A stretch of DNA of 63,931 nucleotides, the filler included, from Streblomastix strix (Eukaryota): NCBI GenBank assembly GCA_008636045.1. It is 3 parts of 3 records of this genome, joined end to end, with 100 filler letters (N's around TTAATTAATTAA, not from the genome) between each part and the next. Parts side by side here need not be neighbours in the genome. Positions count along the whole stretch, not along the records: positions 21,367 to 42,602 come from SNRW01000387.1; positions 42,703 to 63,931 come from SNRW01000388.1; 1 more part is not named here. One strand, written 5' to 3'. Both the position numbers and the translations under genes were made by a program. Under the pieces are notes generated by a model. It ran no database searches and was not told where the DNA came from. It saw only the letters and a program-made list of their open reading frames with translations. The first letter of the stretch is position 1. Each line of letters starts with the position of its first letter. Shown piece after piece: positions 39,549 to 53,500 of the stretch.

Positions 39549-40003
39549 ATATGTCTATAAAATAATCAAAAAATAGATAAAAAAGTAAGAAATAAAAGAA
39601 TAATTTAAAAAAATAAGTAAATACGATATTTGTCGGTTAATAATATAATATTATTGATGATATTGATATTTATTTTACAAACAAATATATATTTATTTAA
39701 ATAATAAACATTTTACTAATTTGTGGTTGTAATTTGGCTGTAAGAGTTAAAGCAAATTATGCAATTTATTTTGCACTGGATCTAACTAATTCACACTATA
39801 TTAATGTATTTTTGATTATTTTAATTCACTAAAATTAATTTTCAATTTAAATATTCATTTTATTTTTTAAGTTTACAAATTTTAATTGTATTTTTTGTTC
39901 AGTTAATCAAACAATAATGAGTTGAAGTTTTAAAAATAGTTACATTTTTCCTAAGTAAATTAAGAAAACTCAACTTTTCAGTATACGTGTATCAAAATCA
40001 GCT

Positions 40004-42481
40004 TCATTTAAAGACCTTAGATTGCGGGAACGCCATCTTAGCAATGTTCTTACAGAGTTTGAATTCGTCTTTCCATAATTCACCTGGATTTAACTTTCTC
40101 AGTGCGTTAAGTGAGTTTTCCATGATTTCCATCGCATGTTCGCTATTTGCCCCACCTGATATGTCAATTTGCAACCCAACTCTATCTGCAGCTCCAAAAC
40201 TCCCCCGCTTTAACTTCTGCTGTGAAGATTGACTGGTTGCTTTCTCTGAACCACTCAAATATCCAGATCCTGATTGTGAACCTTCAGCTTTGATTAATAA
40301 CTCAGAGAACTTGCAGAAGTGCTTCACAATTGCAAATAGAGATGGAAGTACTTTCTAATCAGCGTTTTGCAATTTGTTTCTTTATTCATCATTTAATGCT
40401 CTTGACAGTTGATATATACAGAAAGTGAGCAAAAGGATGGTCTCCTCCACGCGATCCTTGATAGCTAATGGATGGCATGTAGCCAGTAACGCTGTGTATG
40501 TTGTATTAGCCTCAGAAATCACCTTCAGTGTATCGAGATGCGAGTTTTGATTGTCGCTATCAGAATCATCATCATCTTCATCATCATCTTCTTCATCATC
40601 CAAGGTTTTGGTCAGTTTTCTTTGAGAGATCAACTCTTTATGGAGACTCTTAGCTCTATCTGCTGAATTGAAGTTGAATGGCTCGTCATCTCTTCTGCCA
40701 CTGAGGGATTGGAATTTCCTATTTGAAGACATAACCTGTGAACCCCGTGGGCTGGTTTTCAGATTTCCTATGTTGAGCGCCTACTAATTATCTTTACCAG
40801 CATTTAACGTTGTTGGATTTTTATTCTAATTATCCTTATTAGTGCTTGACTATTACAGTTTGGATTACTATGGACCATTAATTTTAATTTCTCTATCAGA
40901 TAATTGTGGTCTTCGCATATGTCTTGTAAGTGTCATTGTATTTGAAGCTTCACGATTGTCCATCATACCGAACATGTTCATCTATCTCGCCTATTTGGCA
41001 ATCCTTCTGAATTTGTCAAGAGGTTTCATCTCTCTCAAAGCTAAAGATAATTTCCCTTTCATTTAATTAGCGATCAACTATTCTAAGAATATCTTCAGGG
41101 ATGGCCCTTGTTGCTTGGGTTTTCTCTGTGAGAGGAGTTGTGATGTGATTTGTGGGCTTTAGCCTTGAATTTAGTTAGATTCTAGAGGAGGAAATTCACC
41201 TCTTGAATTTTGATCAGTTTATTAAGATTACCCTTCATTTAAAGGTCTTACAGATTGCCAATATTCATCACCATCATTCGTTTTGCGAAGATAATTTAAC
41301 CTGAATGTTTATTTTCTACCAATCTTTTGCTACTCTTGAGCTAAATAAGTTCTTTCAGTTAGAATATTTTCATTTTCTTAACCACTCAATTTCAATGTAT
41401 TGCTTTTCAACTGACCTTCTCTTTCAGCTCTTTATTCAGCCAATTAATCGATTCTTTCTTTTTATTGAACAGTCATTAATATCTTATCTTTATTTCCTTC
41501 TTTTTAGTTAGTAATATTTGTTACAGCGTCTGGTCCTTGCAATTCAGTTAGTTATAATTCAAACTGTTCTTCAGCAAGTTCAAATGCTGCATCTTGATAT
41601 TCTTCTTTGTTTTTAACTATTTACCTTTCTTTGTATTAAATTCTTTCATATCTTTTTGGATCTTTAAGTTTGCTGAAATTGATCAAACTTAAACATGCAT
41701 TGAATTAATCTTTGTAGAAGACTATACTAACTTCTAGAAGCTGTTATCCGACTAATGCAAGCACTTTCATTCCATCCTACTATATAATCTTCTTAGATAT
41801 GTCACTTTTGCTATCGTTCATTATAACCTTACGAAGTATTTACATTCCATAAAACATTGTGTTCAGAGCATTTGACTGTGGACTATCACGCTCTTGATTC
41901 GGTTGTTGTCCTGACATGTACTGATCAACTATCCAAGCAAATTAATTTTCATTTTCTTTCCCTTTCTTTGTAGTTTGCAATTCTTCCACTCGTGATGTGA
42001 ATTTTTATGACTCATATATCATAACTTCACTCAAAGATGGTACATTGTATACGATTTTAAACCCTGCAAGTGTACCTTTAACAAGATCATCTTACTAAAT
42101 AGTACGCAATATATTAGTATCATTCTCAGTAAGGAGCCATAAAATACCTAACCCTGAAGCTAGAGCAATTTATCTTTCAGCATTTGGAGTATTAGTTCCT
42201 TGAGTGTATGAAATAATATGTTCATTTATTGATGTAGCAAGTGTCTATTTGTTGATATTAAAGTTGAATTCACCGCGTTTAATCATGATATAGAGCAATT
42301 GTAGTGAAATTTGTACTACAGCATCATCGTATTTATGCCATTTAGGCAAACGCATAATAATGTTGCTAAAAAGAATACTTGCTTCCATATCCGCTAATAT
42401 AGGCAGTGTTTCTTAAGGTCTTTTATTAACCAACAAGCAAAGAGTGGATAACGTATTGTTTGCAATGGAATTATGTAATGC
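40004..42481 (-). CDS. Hypothetical ARM-like/coiled-coil protein, 5'-truncated, intronless in this segment
   Basis: Standard-code ORFs 40004-40327 and 40382-40732 merge with TAR=Q into one frame that appears to extend to the chimera breakpoint: ...TLSTLCLLVNKRPQETLPILADME...IALASGLGILWLLTENDTNILRTI..., a coiled coil, an acidic tract and a helical C-terminus ending at TGA 40004-40006. Confidence 0.7.
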
Positions 42482-42602
42482 GAAAATTAATTTGCTTGGA
42501 TAGTTGATCAGTACATGTCAGGACAACAACCGAATCAAGAGCGTGATAGTCCACAGTCAAATGCTCTGAACACAATGTTTTATGGAATGTAAATACTTCG
42601 TA
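42482..42602. repeat. Exact inverted copy of 41830-41950 at the contig end (fold-back chimera)
   Basis: 121 bp GAAAATTAATTTGCTTGGATAGTTGATC...ATACTTCGTA is the reverse complement of 41830-41950. Confidence 0.95.
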
Positions 42603-42702
42603 NNNNNNNNNNNNNNNNNNNNNNNNNNNNNNNNNNNNNNNNNNNNTTAATTAATTAANNNNNNNNNNNNNNNNNNNNNNNNNNNNNNNNNNNNNNNNNN
42701 NN
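42603..42702. other. Artificial contig linker (N44-TTAATTAATTAA-N44)
   Basis: Same 100-bp structure as 21267-21366. Confidence 0.98.
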
Positions 42703-44326
42703 TGAGTTAAAGTTAATAATAATGAAGAATAATGAAATTTATAATTAAACTTCATAAAAATATAATTAAAGGACTCCATCTATTTAATCTTCTATATAAA
42801 AAGCATAATAAATTCTTATGTCTAATAATACTATACCTCAAATATCTTCAATTTCAACACTTACAACACCATCAAATAGTTTAAATTTATAAAACAATTA
42901 AAATATTAAAAATAATGATCAAAAAATTGAAAATAATAATCTTGATTAAAATATTGAATAACTATAAAAGCAATAATTAAATTAATAAACAACTTTTTCA
43001 TCTTCACCAACTTTATAATTAAATTCATTGCAATAAGTGCCATTAGAAACTTAATTAATAATTAAAGAAGTTTAACAATTGGAGATTAAAATAAATAAAT
43101 TATAATAATAGAATAATCAATTAACATTATTGTTTAGGAATGTAGAGAAGTAAAATGAAGATGAAAACTAAACAATTAAATAATAACAAAGTGAAGAGAG
43201 TGGTATTTAAAAATAAAATGAAACAGAAATTGATTAATCATTAAATAAATAATAATTAGAAGAAAACTAGTTAATGTAGAAATAAATTTTATATAATGAA
43301 AAACAAAAATATTCAACTCCATTTACTCCTTCATAAATCATTGATTCTGCATTTAAGTCTATAATAAATACAAAGAATTAATTACTTTCATAATAAGAAC
43401 ATGAATATTCATTACCATTTGCAAAATAAGATAATAATATCCATAAAATTAGAACAAACATAAACAATAAAATATAATCACCAAAAAGAAAACTTCCATC
43501 TTCATCTTTATCATAATAATAACAATATATATCACCATAATAAATACACATACTTTCACCACATTAATAAAATTAATATGATTCTTTATCTCATTCATTA
43601 GATTAATACAGTTAAAATAAAGATTATAAAACACCATAATCAAATCTTTCCTAGTCAGAAGATTCAATTCATACAAAATCACAATTAATACTTTCACATC
43701 CTTCAACCAATATAAATGATATTTCTGATATTTCTCCAAATTTATCCTATAATTCATAGAAAAGTGAATAGAATAATAATATAAATCATCTTCAGCTTAA
43801 TAATGATGATAATGAAAGAACTTACTGCAATGAAAAATATACTGAAATAAAAAATTAGGAATCATCTTTGACTCAAACAAACTTTGAAGCAATTGATAAA
43901 ACAAATGATTATGATAAAAGAAATGGAATTCAACCCTCTCATTTTGGAATCATTTCAAATTATCCACGTATTCAAAGTTAGGTAAAATCTGCAAAATTAA
44001 AAGATTATTAAAATAAATTAAGAAATTAAAAAGAAATCGATATATGTGCATAAGAAGAAAAGATTTTAAATTTAAACAATAAAAGTTTTGACAACTAAAT
44101 TCTCAGTAGAATCCATAGTAATAATGTTCAAACCAACACTCCGCTGCAATCTAGATTACCTATTAACACTCCAAAATCTGCAGATGCAAAAATAAATTCA
44201 AAAAGGAATACTACAAAATTAGTTAGAGCTCCAACTCCAACAGCTCCATAACATAATATTTATTTTCCACCGAAAATCAATGAAATGGCACAATTAAAGT
44301 CAAATGAAATTGGTAGTTAATAATGA
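42703..44326 (+). CDS. 3' end of a low-complexity Q/N/S-rich hypothetical protein
   Basis: The frame appears open with TAR=Q from the contig start to ...RAPTPTAPQQQYLFSTENQ/NEMAQLKSNEIGSQQ-TGA (44324-44326). No recognisable domain. Confidence 0.55.
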
Positions 44327-44540
44327 TCAACAATTTACTTATTTTCATGATTATTATTTTTCTTTTATTTTCTAAAACTAATAAAAAAAAACTCTTGATT
44401 TTATTAAAGCTGATAATAAATTTATTTATATAAAATAATTAAATAAAATATTTTTTATTTATTAAAATTTGAAATGTGTCTATTGATAAAATAACGAGGA
44501 ACGAAACAAAAATTGACCCAATAGCGTAGTGAATTTTGTA

Positions 44541-47500
44541 ATGACTTTTTAGTAGAGGATTGAAGGTTGATTGACTTATTATTATATTATTTTAATATAT
44601 ATTAATGTTTTATACAAAATATTGTAGAATTCCGCCAGTATCTTGGTGATTCACGCTAAGTACGACAAGAATTGAATATAAACATCAGTCAATATAACTA
44701 CCGAGGTTCGTATCGTATTATTAATTACAATCATTATTTTACATATTTTTATTTGGTTTTTATCTTCGAATTTATCAATTCTGGCAGAATATGACGCAAG
44801 GAATGCTGCCTACAATATAGCTGCCTGCTGTTTGGCATTCAATCCAGAAAATTTTTAATAGTATGCAGATGACGTACTTGAAACAGTTTATCGTGCCATA
44901 ATGCAACTATATCGCGTTCTGAAGAAATAGGAGTTTGCTTGGTTTTTAATATCACTTTCATACTTTATTATTATTATTCTATTCAAGTAATATTTCGTAT
45001 TAATCTTGGAGTACTATTTTCTACAACTCTAGATACATTGTCTCATTCCTTCTAAGTGTCCATTTTTTGCCTCACTCAAGTAACAACTACTCGAAATGCT
45101 TTTCATTAGTTTTTTCCAACCATTCGGCTGCATTTCTTCAACAGTACGAGATGCAACAATAATAATACCCAGATATTCCAAAGACTGTTCAACCATACAT
45201 AGAAGAGTCAAATATAAGTCAATACACTGGGTAATATATTATTTCTGTAGTTGAGCAATTTGTTATTAACCATGGAATTGAGATCTTAGGAAATCTTATT
45301 TTATTTGAGATGAATAAAATTAAACAAGTAAGGGAAATGCAAGAGAAGATGAAGCAGAATGAAAATGAACAATTAATCAAACCAAATGATAATAAAGAAG
45401 GTAACTAAGATGCTATCAAAGACAAGGAGCAAGAAAAAGAAAAAGAGAAAGAGCGTGATTTAATTAGAAACACAACTTCTAATGGACTTATTAGAATAAA
45501 AAACTTCATGCGTGTTCTTTAAAAAGTTTCTGAAGTTCTCAATCAACGGACCCTTTCAGTTATATATAACTCTGTAAATATATTAATTGAAGAAGTTTGT
45601 TTATTCTCAGATTTAGACACGCTTCCAAATGAAGGAAAGAAAATAGCATTCTCAATTGTTAAATCTGCAGAAGCAGTGCTTAATATAGCATAAGATAAAT
45701 CAATACCATTATAAGATCTTGAGGAGGAGGAAAGGATTAAAAAAGAATAAGAAGAGGCTTTATAAGCAGCAATGCAAGGTATACGCACTTAATTGGAAAA
45801 GTTGGGTCCAAAGAAATATTCAGATGTTCAAAAACGAAAAGAGAAGGAATTTGCAATAATAGCTGATAGAGAAAGATAGAAATATCATGAAAGACGTTAG
45901 AGATAATAAATTGAATAGTTTCTGCTTAGCTTATGTATAAGGCAATTAAAATGTGTAGGACTAGAAAAGAGATTGATGGCAATAACACAACTGTGCAACT
46001 CATTCTGTAACACATAATCCTCATCATTACCACACAAACTTCGACCTCCTCCAATTGTTCATACTGGATAACAAGGAAGGAATGTTGCTTAGATTTAGGA
46101 GACCAATCTTTCTGCATTAGATAGAGCAGTTGAAATATCACCTGAATACTTTGCTACTGTTTTGAGAAAAGAAAAAGTATTGAATTTAGTATTTGGAGCC
46201 AAAAGTCACATTGAAGTTGCAAAACGTGGAGCGATTCTTGCTAAAATACTTGCATGTGTTGAAGAACCACAAATTGTGTCATCAATTATACCACCTTCAC
46301 CTCCATAAGATGCTTCAAATACTTCTCCATAATAAATTAATCTATTTCCATCAGATGCAACAACAAATGAAACTGAGAAATTTGGAGGACTCACATTTCA
46401 GAAGTTTCCTTCACAATAACCAAAATATCTTGGAATTAATAATATGAAGATTATTTGGATCTAATCAAGAGGTAAATAAACAGAAACAGACAAACCAATT
46501 GAAGCTCTATGCAATGAATTGATTACTATAATGCATGATTAGGAATTAGCTTAATTCTATTCAATTGTTCTGGAAAATGCAACTGAGCCAAAAAAACGAA
46601 ATATTCTCAACCAACAAACACAAAATAATTCACAATAATCCAGTTCATCTTCTCCAGTTCCAAATATTCAACCATATATTCAATGTGAAGTTTCTGATAT
46701 TGGAGCCATAAACTTATTAAAGTAAATTATATTATAAGCAGGAAGAAGGTCAAATATCAATTCTAATTATGCATAACTTAATGAAAAGGAATAATTAATG
46801 AGAGATTTAGCCCAGACAGGAATTGAGTTCTTCTACAGTCTTATTCTGGACTAACCTGATATTACATCATCAATTAATAATTCATAATCAATACAATCAC
46901 TCACACCTTTATAAGCATCAACATCTGCATCTGCATCAACACAAAGAGAAAGAGAATCACAATTATCTCCTCAAAATAGTTATTATCCATCTCTCTCTTC
47001 ATCACCTTCTTTGGTATATTCTCCTTCATTAAAAGCAATATAGATACCATAATTCTATTCAGTAAGATTGAATTAGTAATAATCTCCATTCCCATAAATT
47101 ATTGGATCTATTTAATCAATTCGTATCCTTCATCCTTCACAGCAGGTATTTGATAGTGGATTGATACATCTCGAGGATCTTCTTCATTTCCTTCCACCTT
47201 AAATGAAAGAAGACCATATCAAGTTCTGTGTTGAATCAGTTGTCTAACATAAGAACATTCCTCAATGTATTCGTCTGATCAATAATAGTCTCATTCCTTC
47301 TCAACCATATTCAGTTAGTTCTGTAATTGCATAATCATAATCTAAGAATAAAACATATCCTATTCCTCCTCCAATCATTGTTGATAATCAATTGAAAATA
47401 TAATCAGCAACAGAACCAACTGATTAGAAACTTGAAAATCCACCTCCATTGATTCTTCCTCCTAATTAATAACTTATTGAATAATAATTGCAGTTAAAAA

Positions 47501-50500
47501 TAAATGAAAAAGAGAAAGAGAAGGAGAATATTAAAGAGTAGGAATTATAAGGTGAGATAATTTAAGAGAATTAAAAATAGATTATAAGACCAATATCTTC
47601 ATACACCTCGTCTATTGAATTTTTTGCTGTTATAGAAGAAAGATACCACATCTTATAAGCAATAATAGATGATTATGAAATATATAACAAAATAGCTATA
47701 AACTCTTTTTTGAAAGAAGCAAAGTTGTTGGAATAACTATAGTAATACTCACAGGATGCACAAGATACCCATAATATTGATATATAGAAATAGAATCTTA
47801 TCAAATTAATTCCAGAAGAATCGAAAGAGAATTCACATATCGGATACTTTACACATAAACTGTAATTGACATATAGACGATAATTGTTTGATCGAATTAT
47901 TCGGTATTCTTAAGTGCAAATAGGAATTTAAATGTTAGAATCACTCTGGAAACATGGAGTTGTTGAAGCTATTTCTGATTCTTAAAGAGCGAATGTTTTA
48001 AAGTAAATCGTGACTGTGATTGAACTAGGTGGAAAAAATGAACAATAAAGAATTAAAACAAAATAAGAAGAAGAAAAAAAGAAGGAAGAAGATCAATTAA
48101 AATAGTAACCATAATAATCAATACAAAATCCCTAACCGCCTTTATCCATATTACCCCCTCCTAATATTCTACCTTCTCCATTCTTAAATTAATAGAATTA
48201 ATAATTCATACCAACACATACACCAAAATATGGATTAATTCTCACTCCATCAACTGATTCAGTAATTCCTCCTTTATTTGAAAGAGTTTGCTAAGACTTG
48301 GATGTAAAATCAATGACAAATGAAGAATTCTCTCTTTTTGAATCACTTTTAGATAAAAATAAAAAAATGCTTGAGAGTAAAATAATAGAAGAAGAAAGAA
48401 TATAATAATAGATTAATGATGGAGTTGTGAATGTTGAAGAGATTGAAAGCAAATTAAATCAGATTAAAGAATAAGTAATAAACCTTCGTCATGCTTGTGA
48501 AGATGGATCTCAGAAATTGTGGGATATTGCAATTTTGAGTGGTGCATCTAGAGGGAGAAAAAGTAACATTGATTCATAGAAGAAATCGCAGGGAGAATAA
48601 ATACCAGGTTTTGATTAATAATGTTTATTCATTCTTGAAATATTACTTATTTATATTAAATATTAAATCTATTAAATATTAAATATTAAATCTTCTTATT
48701 TTGTATACAATTTAATATTTAAGTATCTGCTGCATAAGATGTGGCTAAGAAGACCAGAAATGCACTTTTAGCTGAGTTTGATTCAGATTCATACCACATC
48801 ATAGCGAGTTAAGTAACAAATGGGATTGGATTAGATGATGAGAAATAAAAAGAAAAAGAAAGAGAGAAAAGAAAAGAAATAATTGAAGACCATAATGAAT
48901 GGTTGTCTTAAGTTGCTTAAGTATATAGAAAGAAGATGGAGAAGTTTGTTGATAGAGCAGTTGAAGAAGTAGATAATTATATGGAAATGTGCTAAGACGA
49001 TGAATTAGAAATAAAAGAATAATTGAATTAGAATGATAGTTTAGAGTATGAGGAAATGAATATAGAATAAAATAATTAAAAGAAACACCGCACAATTAAT
49101 GAATCAGTAGATATATGCATAAGAGCTTTTAATGCACTTTCAATGTTGGGTTAACTTGTTCAGTAATTTGAAACGAATATGCATCCAGCATCTCGATTAG
49201 CAATTGCTGCCCATGGAAGTCACGATTCAAATGCAAACACATCATTTCCTGGAGTAACAAATGGTATTCGTTAAGGTGCATTAGTACTAACAGAAGGAGG
49301 ATCACCAGAAACAGGAGATGGAGGGGACATAATAATTGAAGCAACAGTAACAAAGATGATAACCAATGCTCAATACACATATGCATCTCAATTTGATACA
49401 CCAAGGAAGATTAAAATTAAATTATCGAGGAGACATTGTATATAATCACTGAGGATTGAAATTGCACGCGTATTAATTCATTTGGAAGAAGAAGATAAAT
49501 TGAAGAAGAAAAAAGATAATGAAGCAGCTCAATAAAAACTTGATGCAGATAAAAAAGAAAAAGAAGAAAAATTAAAAACAGATAATAATAATCCAAAAGA
49601 TAAAATAGATATGCATAGTGGAATGACTAAAGATAAACTCAAATCAATTCTTGGACCTCCACCTCCTTAGAATAAGACACCAAATCCTCAATAATAATCT
49701 GAAGAAATTGATTAGTTTTAATCATCATCTACAGTTACTCCTCCTTTAATTCCATCTCCTCCTCCAATAAATGCATCTTCATCTTAAATTGATATTTAGC
49801 CTCATTCTACACTAATACCAATGTCTTGGAGTGGATTGGGTTGTGTCCCTCTTCAAGTACTTGCAAAGGCGGCTGAATTAGAAATATCATATAAAGGAGT
49901 AGACATTACTTTGAAGAAAGACTTATTGGTTGTTCTTGCTGAGGAAGACATACAATCATGCGGGAATCTGGGAATAAATGCTGCATTAAATCTTCTGTAA
50001 AGTTTGCCTGTAGAAGAAAATGAAGATGAAACATTGGATGAAGATAAAAATAATACAAAAACATCTCACAGAGAAAATGATAAACAAAAATTGGTGCAGA
50101 AGAATGTAACAGCAAATGGTTAGATTCATCCAATAAATATTGAATAAATTGCACAAGATGACTCAAATACAAACAAAATCATTCATCTCATCTTTACTGT
50201 ATCAGATGTTGAAGGAAAAGCAAAAGCAACAACAGTATAAACAAATAAAACAGATTCACAATCTTTGTAGAGTAAATCAAATGAGACAATTATTCCAAAT
50301 TTCCCTTCATCATCATCTTAAGAAAACTCATCATCTTAATCTTAGTAATAAACCACTGTTTATCCACCTCCTGTTATTTCATCCAAACATTCACAAGAGA
50401 AACAAACATATTAATCTGAGACATAGACATAAGTTTAGGATGCATAACCTATTACTGAAGATTAATTACAATATGCAATGCAACATTTAAAATCTAGAGT

Positions 50501-53500
50501 GAAACAATATGAAAATCCAAACAAATCCCAGGATTTTAATAAATAATAATAAATATAAGACAAAACAAAAGAAAATATAAATTCGTTTATTGAAAGTTTT
50601 AAGACTGACAATAAAACCTTGAATGAAAATGAATAAAAACCAAAAGAAGAAGTTGCATCTGCAGAAATCATAACACTTAACAATTCATCATCATCTTCAT
50701 CAACTACAACTCCTTCTCCTCCGCAAGAAGAAATCATAAATTTCACTTTGAATGAATATGATCCACTCAATGCAGGTTGTAATTAATATAAAGATAGAGA
50801 AAAATACAATACAAAAGATTATAGTAAAGTGAATGAAAATATTGAATAGGGAGTTAATCTTCATTATCCATTCACAGAATTATCAAGATTTATTCATCCA
50901 AGCACAATATTATTAGAACATATTGAGATCTTTTTAGATATATTAGATTCTCCTTCTTCATCCTAAGCTTCCTAATTGAATACTCATCGTAATTATTTGC
51001 TTCTTCAATTGAAACGTGCTGTTAGTTCTGAAGCCAAAAAACTTCTCACATTACTTCCAACTGATCCTGTTCTTCGCAATACACTCACATCATTACCTCA
51101 TCCATAACCATAATATGAAGAAGTTAATGAAGGAAAAAAAGAATTTGTAGTTTAAAAGACAAAATATTTTCTCCATTTACCTCTTCCTCGACCAAGTATA
51201 GTTCATACTGGAGGTCTGAGTACAAAATTCTTGAAGTAATAAACAGATTCAGGATTTGAATAATCAAAACAACCAAAATCCTCTGAAGAAGGGAAAGAAG
51301 GAGTCGAATGGGACAAACTCTTTGATTGTAGACACACTGAAAGGCTTCTCTATGCACTTGAAGTTGTTGATGGATTACTTGGTGAGAAAGGAAGCACTCA
51401 AAAGTAACAATAATCTTCAGTGAAGAGTAAAAATGGTTTATCTTGGGTTGAAAGATTTGTGGAAGCTGGTGGATTGACATCTCTTTTTGTTTTGTTTTAC
51501 ACATTTGACTTCTTCCCATAAAACTTACAGTAAACATCATCTTCTTCACTGTAATAGAAAACTTAGATAGAAAAAGGATTATAGTTAATTGAATAATAAA
51601 TAAGCTCTCCTGATTCATAGAAACAAAGAGTATTTGTTGCAATTACAACACTTATCAACAGCATATTCCAAATAATAACAAATAAAGATGGCAATGCAAT
51701 GGAAACAGTTATTGAGCATCTTATTTATGTATCTGATACATTCATTGATAAATAGAAAGATTCGGAGATAATTAACCTGAGAGGAAAAATTATTCTCTCT
51801 TTATTTTACAGATTGATTTTATTAGCCTCAATATTTTCTTCTGCTTAATAAGACTTATTTACATTATTGAAACGTCTTGGAGGTAAATTTATTTTAAATT
51901 CATCATCACTTGCTCATAAACATCATCATTTGATTTCTATTAGTGAAACAGTTCAAAATACTGAATAAGAGAAGAAAATTATAACTTAAAATTAAAAAGA
52001 TAATAATTTATTTAGTACTATTCTATTAGATTGGTTACCCGAAGAAATATATCTATCAAATAAAACTAAAGGAATAAATCATTCTTTGTAACTTGGACGA
52101 ATTCCAACTACATTAAAAAAGATGGAATAAAAAAGAAAATCATTTATTGATCCTTATTAAAATCCGTTGAATGAATATGAAAACTCCAACAATAAAAATT
52201 TAACACAAATAAATAACCATAAGAAAACAAATATTCATAAATGTACAGAAGATATATTTGATGAAGAAGATATAAATAGTATTGATTCAATTTGGGATTT
52301 ATAATCGATTAATGAAGAATAGAAAGAATATATTGTTTCAGATTTAGAATTGGTTAGTTTCATTCCCACTTAATCTGCTCCATTTACATTAAGAGACGAT
52401 GTTAGTACAGCAGCTTCTACAATTATTACGCTTTCTCAATCTATTCTTGAATAGGAGGAAGATCATAATGTTTAGTTATGCTGTTTATCACCATCATTTT
52501 TCACGCCATTTCTTTCTACTTTACTTCTTCGTTAAAACGACAGTAAAGTGAATGGGAAAATGTTTAAATTTATGGAAATATTCCTAAAATTGGAGAAAAA
52601 AGATAAAATATAATCAAGAAATAAAATCATTATAAAAAATGAAAAAGAATAATAATAGGAAATAAATTCATCAACAAATTCATTTGCTTCAGAGAATTAA
52701 CAAATTATTGATAGCAAAGAAATTTTTGACCTTGAAATAATAAATAAAATTAGGGAATCTTCACTTATTAATCTCTTAAACCTTTTTGATGATCTTAAAT
52801 TTCTTCCTCACTAGAACAGATATCTCACATTTATTGCTACATGTAGGAATAGCTTTGATATTATCCACACCTAATTGATACACTTGTTATAAAATGCATT
52901 TGAGAAAAAGTTTTTGTAAGATAATGAAGAGAACAAACACGAATAAGAAATTAAATATTATTTCTCATAAATTAAACTATGGGTTAACAGAGGAACTGAT
53001 CTAATTCGCATTCTTGGCAGATCAATATTATCAAGAGAGACCGTTGAACAATATGGGAGAGAAGGAGATGAAGATCACATCCTATTTGCAATTCTAAGTT
53101 GTGTAAATGCACTTTTGGATAAAGAAAGACAGATAAAAGAAGAAGTGAAAGAGTAAAATGAGATTGTAAAAGAGATAGTTAAGAGTTAGGAAGTATTGAA
53201 ATAAGCTGCTCAAATATAAGATTTGAAGGAAAAAGAAGATAAAGGACCATCAGTCACTATAAATAAAGATATTCAATTGAAGAAAGAGGATATTAAATGG
53301 ATTGATTTTGATGATGAGAATATAGGGCATATTCTTGGAATTGACCCAAAATTCAATCTAATCAAACACATATTTCATCACATGCTTGTTAACATCTCCA
53401 TTAATGATCGTATTGAATAATAATAATAATAATAAATTGAAAATGATAAACATGGTTAGAAAGATGATTATGATTCTGCTTGGAATGATGAATACTATAA

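Noticed and set aside
45231..45250. Apparent 20-nt GT...AG micro-intron in the USP gene
   Set aside because: The frame reads through as YTGQYIISVVEQF, and removing 20 nt would break it.
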